DNA of 55,866 bases from Microthyrium microscopicum (lineage: Eukaryota): the NCBI GenBank assembly GCA_010405405.1, contig MU004235.1, positions 2,410,506 through 2,466,371 on the forward strand, written 5' to 3'. The position numbers and the translations under genes are program-made. The notes beneath the pieces are model-generated. The model did not search any database and was not told the DNA's origin. It was given only the letters and a program-made list of their open reading frames with translations. How positions within the stretch are numbered: position 1 is the first letter of the stretch; each line of letters starts with the position of its first letter. Below are positions 49,901 through 55,866 of the stretch, in pieces.

Positions 49901-52900
49901 ATACTAATAAAGATATCCTAATTATTAAATAGAATAGTATTATTATTTAATAAAAAGTAGTAAATAAATATAAAATAAAATTAATTATATTTCTAAACTT
50001 AGCTATTTCTTTTATAATTATATATTACTAACCTATTAGTACTATAATATTATAGTTAATTATTTATAAGATTCTTAAGTTTTAGTAATTCTTTATATAC
50101 TTTAAAGTCTATTTCTATAATCTTTTTAGTTAGTCTAAATTACTAAAAAGCTTTACTCTTTAGTAGCTATCTAACTACTACTTAAATATTTCTTAAATTA
50201 GAAAGTATATAAGCCTTATTTAGTATTATTACTTATTCTAATATTCTTTCTCTATAATATAGTAAGTATTTTAATAATATATAGTAAACTATTTATTATT
50301 AATAACTATATAAGTACTATAATAGAAATACTATTAATATCTATATACTATATAGCTAGTTATTAAGTCTAATAACTTCTAATTATATAAGGAAGAGTAC
50401 TATTACTTATACTTTATTAAAACTATTATAGAGTTTAATTAATTAGTTAATCTATAATATTCTTTACGCTATAGTAGTATATTACTACGTCTTTATAAGT
50501 CTTACTTAAATATCTATTTAAAGTTTATAGTAATATATCCTAATTAAAGATATTTCTAGCTCTAGTTTAGTTTTTATTTTCTTTTTTTTTTATAGTATAC
50601 TATCTATTAGTTATATTACTTACTTATAGTTAGTATTTTACTTCTACTTTATTTTTAATCTTTTCTTTTATTACTTTAGTATATTAACTTCTTAAGCTAT
50701 AACTTTAATTATATATATTTATACTAGTTTAAGTATTACTAAGCTTCTTAGTTATTACTACTAAGAAAGTATTCTCTAGTTCCTTAAAAGGTTTACTTAG
50801 TATACTTTAGTAATAATTTTACTTATTTTTTATATTACTATTAAGTTTTTATTCTTATTAGTATATTTTTTTATTAAAACTATAGTATTTATTTAAAGTA
50901 GTTTAACTCTTATTTTCTTATTTAATAAAGTAATAAAAATTCTTTAATACTTTTCTATTATTTTATAAAGTATATTATTCTAAACTACTACTAATAGTTT
51001 ATAATAATCCTTTAGTACTTTAAAGAATAGTAATTCTAAACTCTATACTTATACTCTATATATAAAGGTTAGCCTAATAACTACTATATAAAAAAGCTTT
51101 ATTTTTCTAAAGATTAGTTCCTATCTTAACTATACTATTTTTAAAAATACTACTACTTACTTAAATCCTTTAGTTCTAGTCTTTTTAATATAGTTTTTCT
51201 AATTTATTTTTTTATTTATTTATATATCTAATACTCTAATACTCTTTAGTATAAGCTTAGTAAATATATTATCTACTATTACTATAAATTATAAGTCTAC
51301 TTCTAAGTAGTAACTTAATATTCTAAATAAAGTATATTACTTAGTACTTATTAAAAGTAAACTTTATACTATATCTATTTACTTAGTTAATATACTTCTA
51401 ATAAGCCTTTTCTAATCTTATATAGTTTTCTTAAATAGTATTACTCTATATAACTAATATAGTATTATCTATAAATTTAAATTTAAAAATATTATTACTT
51501 ACGTCCTAAAAGTATTCTAATAGTTCTAATATAAAGAAGAGAAAGAAAATAAGTAAGAAAAAGAATTTCTAAAGAATCTTTATATTAGTTATTATTACTA
51601 GGCTCTAGTACCTAGTAAATATAATTTAAATTATATAATTAATAGTAAAGCTTACTACTATATTAATTAGTTATTAAAGAACTTTCTTTATTTTTAAGAT
51701 ATAAAGAAGTCTCTTTAAATTAATATTATTATATACTTTTTAAAAATTAAAGCTAAGTACTAATACTATAGCTTTTACGTTTTTCTTCTATACTACTTTA
51801 ATAGTACTTCTTAGAAGCTATACTACTATTAGCGTTAATTACTCTACTCTAGCTTCTATCTAGTTCTAAAATAATAAGTTATTATCTTTTATAAGTTAGG
51901 TAAGTCTATTAGTAATAATCTTTTTAACTAACTTTACTATAGTATTCTTAAAAACAATTAGCTAATAGGCTAATAGTAGTAAGTAGTCTTTTTTACTTAG
52001 CTTTTTTAGTATTAGTATATAGAATTACTTTAGATATTCTAGAATTATACTACTTATTAGTATTCTACTAATTATAAGTACTAGTCTTTTACTAAATTCT
52101 ATTAGTTTTAGATTATTACCTTTCTTTTTAAGTTATACCTTAAGCCTAAAAATCTTTAGGACTTTATTTAATATATTAATAGGTCCTATTACTTTATAAT
52201 TTAGAAGGCTACTAATTATGTAATCTATTTCTTCTACTATTACCTTATAATCTATTTTTAATTCTAAAAATAAAATAGTATTCTTTATATTACTTAAGTC
52301 TACTACTCTAGTTTAAAGAAAGAACTTTATAAATAGTATATTTACTTTACTTTAGTTATTATAAATATAGTTATTACTAATTATCTATCTAAGTACTAAT
52401 AAATATAAATCTTTCTTTAGTTTACTAGCTTTAGCTTTTATTTACTTACTTATTCTTTATAAGCCTTAGTTCTTATAGTACTTATAATCTTTTATAATCT
52501 TTTTTATAAAAGTCTACTAGAATATTACTTTATTCTAATATAGAAATTTTCTTAACTAAGCTATAACTAATTTATATATATACTTATTCTAGTTATTCTT
52601 TATTTAGAAGTATCTTTACCTTATATAGTACTTTTTCTATATTAGTAAAGTAGTTATAAGTAACTACTTATATAAAGTTTACTTTAAAAGTTTTACTTTT
52701 AGATAGTAAATCTCTAATACTTTTATTATTACTCTATATAAAGTTTTTATTAGTATATTTTTAGTATCCTATAAGCTATTATTTATATATTTAATAAATT
52801 ATTCTATATTTAGTTTTTATAAATTATACTATACTTTTAGTATATATTTCTCTTATTCTAGAGTAAGCTAAATTAATACTAGAATATAATTTTCTATTAG

Positions 52901-55000
52901 TATCTAAGTATTAACTAAGCTATAAAACTCTAGTCTTTCTTAAAGAAATTAAAATATAAATATAAGATTAATTACTATTTTTATTATTTCTACTTCTTTT
53001 TCCTTATATAACCTATAAGTTAGCTCTTCTTCTAATATACTTAAGTAGAGTTTCTACTAAATTATATTATAAAGTAAAGTATTTACTTAAGGTTTAGTAA
53101 CTAATACTACGTCTCTTTATTAATAGTAATAGTAGTTAAAATCTTTTACTAATAGAATCTCTTCTTCTACCTTATTAATTATCTTTATTAGTATTAGACA
53201 TTTAGTAATATAGTTATAATTACTTACTACTAAGTCTTTACTATATATATTAATAATTATTAGTATTATATACCTATACTAAAAACGTAGTATTAAGATA
53301 AATTAGTTATAATATTTTACTTACTAGTTCTTTATATTAAGCGCCTTACTTATTATAAAGTATACTCTTAATTAATTATTCTAGTTATATACTAGAGTAT
53401 AGCTAAAGAGATAGTATATTTCTCTTAGCTTTATAATTTCTTTAGAGTTTTAAACTACTATAATTAGTTACTTAATATTATTTAGTAAATTAAAGAATAG
53501 CCTTACTTTCCTCTTATTTAATTTTCTATAGTTATATTATATAATATTAATACTATTTATCTAAGTCTATTATTTAGATTCTACTTATTTTATTACTAAA
53601 GATTAGTATAAAGTTATTTATAGCCTATTCTACTTTCTTATAATTATTTCTTTATTATTTTTCTAAAATACTATTTCTTATAGTTTATAAGCTATTATTA
53701 CCTTTATTAAAGTTAAATATACTTATAATTAATTTTTAAGTATTTTAGACTAGGTTATTACGTATCTTATTCTCTACTTTTTATAATACTAATAACTTTC
53801 TAAAGTTCTTAGTTTCTACTTTTCTTTTCTTTATACTATTTACTATAATATATTTATTATTATCTATAAGCTAAATTAGTATAATTTAAGTAGGTAACGT
53901 AGCTCTTATTTATTCTATATATTTTTTATTTACTACTTAGAATCTTTTTATACTCTTAAAGTAAATTTAATATACTTTATATATATTCTTCTACTATATA
54001 TAGTATCTTTAGCTTTACTTTTTCTCTTTTCTTCTTCTTTTCTTATTATTTTTATAGTTAGAGTACTAGACTAAGCTTATTTTAATATAGTTCTTAGTAT
54101 TATAATTATTTATATATTTACTATAATTTAGTTTATATTAGGTATAAGTTATTTATATATAGCTTTAGACTTAGTAGTAGAAGTACTATTTAATAATATA
54201 TCTTAGATTATATAATTTAATAAAGAGCTCCTCTACTCTAATAATAAACTTCTTTTAAATAATTTTATTTCTTATTATTTAATTATTATTATTATTAAAT
54301 AAAATAGTATAAGTAATTCCTTAATATATATCTTTCTATACTTTTCTAGTTCTTTTTTTACTTATTTATACTCTATATTTCTATAAAGCTACTAAACTAC
54401 TTCTATCTCTAAGTATTTAAACTTTATTTTATTTCTATTAACTAATTCTTTAATTAGTTTACTATTATCTATATTCTTACTATAAGCTATATTTAGTTTA
54501 AGTAAAGCTTCTAAGATTTCTACTAAATAGTTTTATTATAAAACCTAAATCTTATTTAAGCCTACTTAGTATAGCTTATTTTAGATATAGTTTTTATCTA
54601 ATTATATATTAACTATAATATTAATATTTCTACTAAGTAGTAGCCTAATAGCTATTACTTATAAAATAGTTTCTTTAATTTTTTTAAATAGCTTTACTCT
54701 ATTCTACTTATCTTCCTTTAATATATTTTTAACTACTTTTATAATATTAATTTAGACTATTAGGCTTATAAAGAAGGCTCTTTAATTAAGAATTAATAAG
54801 TTAAGTCTTTTTATAATGTTTACCTAAGAGTTAGAAGTTATTTTAATTTTAATAATCTACTTTATAATTATATTAAGTTTTTAATTAAGATACGTCTTAA
54901 AGTACGTTAGTAAAGAAGCTCTATTTATAGTTAGAGCTAAGTAGAATACTAGTTATTTAATATATAGTAGACGTTCGTAAGCTAGAGTTAGGTTAGTCTA
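49900..55000 (-). mobile_element. Near full-length Tad1-like LINE (ORF1 + APE endonuclease-RT ORF2), destroyed by RIP
   Basis: De-RIPed minus-strand motifs in order: ORF1 CFHCQAWGHVQTTC (~54185), ORF2 start IVQYNCG (~53530), IAVQEP, GDFNCHH (~53143), KPGKKDY...AYRPIAL.NT.AKLVEK (~51990), GIPQGSPLSP (~51580), FVDDT (51475-51461) and C-terminal CxC...H....C (~50300). Ends approximate. Confidence 0.85.
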
Positions 55001-55866
55001 TACGTAAAATGTTAGACTACTAAAAGTTTATATTTTTAGTAAAGAGATACTTCTATACCTCTATAACTTTTCTAATACCTACTTAATAAATATACTCTAA
55101 AGCTTATATTACTTAGGTTAACGTTCTTTATTAAATATATATAATTTTATATAATATAGTACTCTTATTAGGTAGATAGATCTAATAGTATAAAGTTAGA
55201 ACTTAGTAAAAATTTTATTATTAAAATACTACGTTAGAAAAACTTAGTAAAGTAACTTACTAATAGAATATAACCTCTCTTTTAACTATTAGTAATAATA
55301 CTTACTAAACTAATACCTAATAGTATAATACTACTTTACTCTATAGCTCTATATATTATTTACTTATACTTACTTTATCTAAAGTTAACTCTTTATTTAA
55401 TTCTAGTAGTCTTAGTAACTTACTCTAAAGGGCTCTTTAAAAACTATAACCTAGCTTTTTTAATATTCTTCCTAAGCTATAGTTTTTAAGAAGCTTATAG
55501 TAATATTTAGATTACTAATATACTATACTATATTATGCTATACTATAATTAAGCTAAAAGTTAATAGTCTTAAATAAATATATTTACTCTATATACTATA
55601 GTTACTAACTATTATAATATAAGACTACTAAATAACTAGGTTATAGACTTTAGATAGCTCTTTAGTACTTTATTATAAGACTAGAATATAGTAATAATAA
55701 ATACTACCCTAATTTATTATAATAAATATTAAATAATTTATATATACTAAAGAAGATAGTATAGATAATAATTAAAATATAGAAGATAAAGAAAGAAGTA
55801 TATTATTATAAGGTTTACTAGTCTTCCTAACTCTAGCTAAATCCTTACTTAACCTTAAACTAAAAT
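55000..55866. mobile_element. RIP-degraded repeat continuing beyond the window
   Basis: AT/TpA-saturated with no ORFs; family not determined. Confidence 0.6.

Noticed and set aside
51240..51300. Copia RNase H ADxxTK-like motif on the minus strand
   Set aside because: The spacing is wrong and the surrounding motifs form an ordered LINE endonuclease-RT ORF.
1..55866. CRISPR array, rRNA/tRNA genes or prokaryotic operons
   Set aside because: The DNA is intron-containing fungal sequence; no repeat-spacer array or structured RNA gene was recognised.
33000..55866. Starship giant transposon carrying the ankyrin/orphan genes as cargo
   Set aside because: No DUF3435 tyrosine-recombinase captain or boundary motif was recognised, and the decodable flanking repeats are a Gypsy and a LINE. 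It cannot be excluded beyond the window.

Overview
Eukaryotic DNA from a filamentous ascomycete (Pezizomycotina), judged from short GT-AG introns with CTRAC/CTAAT branch sites, fungal gene families, and very AT/TpA-rich blocks typical of repeat-induced point mutation (RIP). Bases ~500-33000 are gene-rich. In order they hold a small secreted Cys-containing protein, a stand-alone tandem SLA1-homology-domain-1 (SHD1) protein, a branched-chain aminotransferase, a DEK-C/SWIB protein, an ankyrin-CorA fusion, two tandem F-box-like paralogs (the second broken), a Zn-dependent MDR dehydrogenase, a degenerate SDR, a GH93 arabinanase, a HET-domain protein, a ~1 kb Tc1/mariner-like relic, an MFS / Zn2Cys6 / NmrA-like cluster and a DUF3431 gene. 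Bases 33378-42620 are a RIP-destroyed chromovirus-type Gypsy element with 202-bp LTRs and a 5-bp TSD. Nested in its pol is a 1.9-kb LINE-derived retroposon with a 13-bp TSD that seems to carry only ORF1. A 4.6-kb RIP-free island follows, with a head-to-head pair of a 995-aa ankyrin protein and a 394-aa orphan. The window ends in another RIP block containing a near full-length Tad1-like LINE on the minus strand. The best leads are the ORF1-only retroposon, the ankyrin/orphan pair and the tandem SHD1 protein. All domain calls come from motifs recognised by eye; no searches were run.
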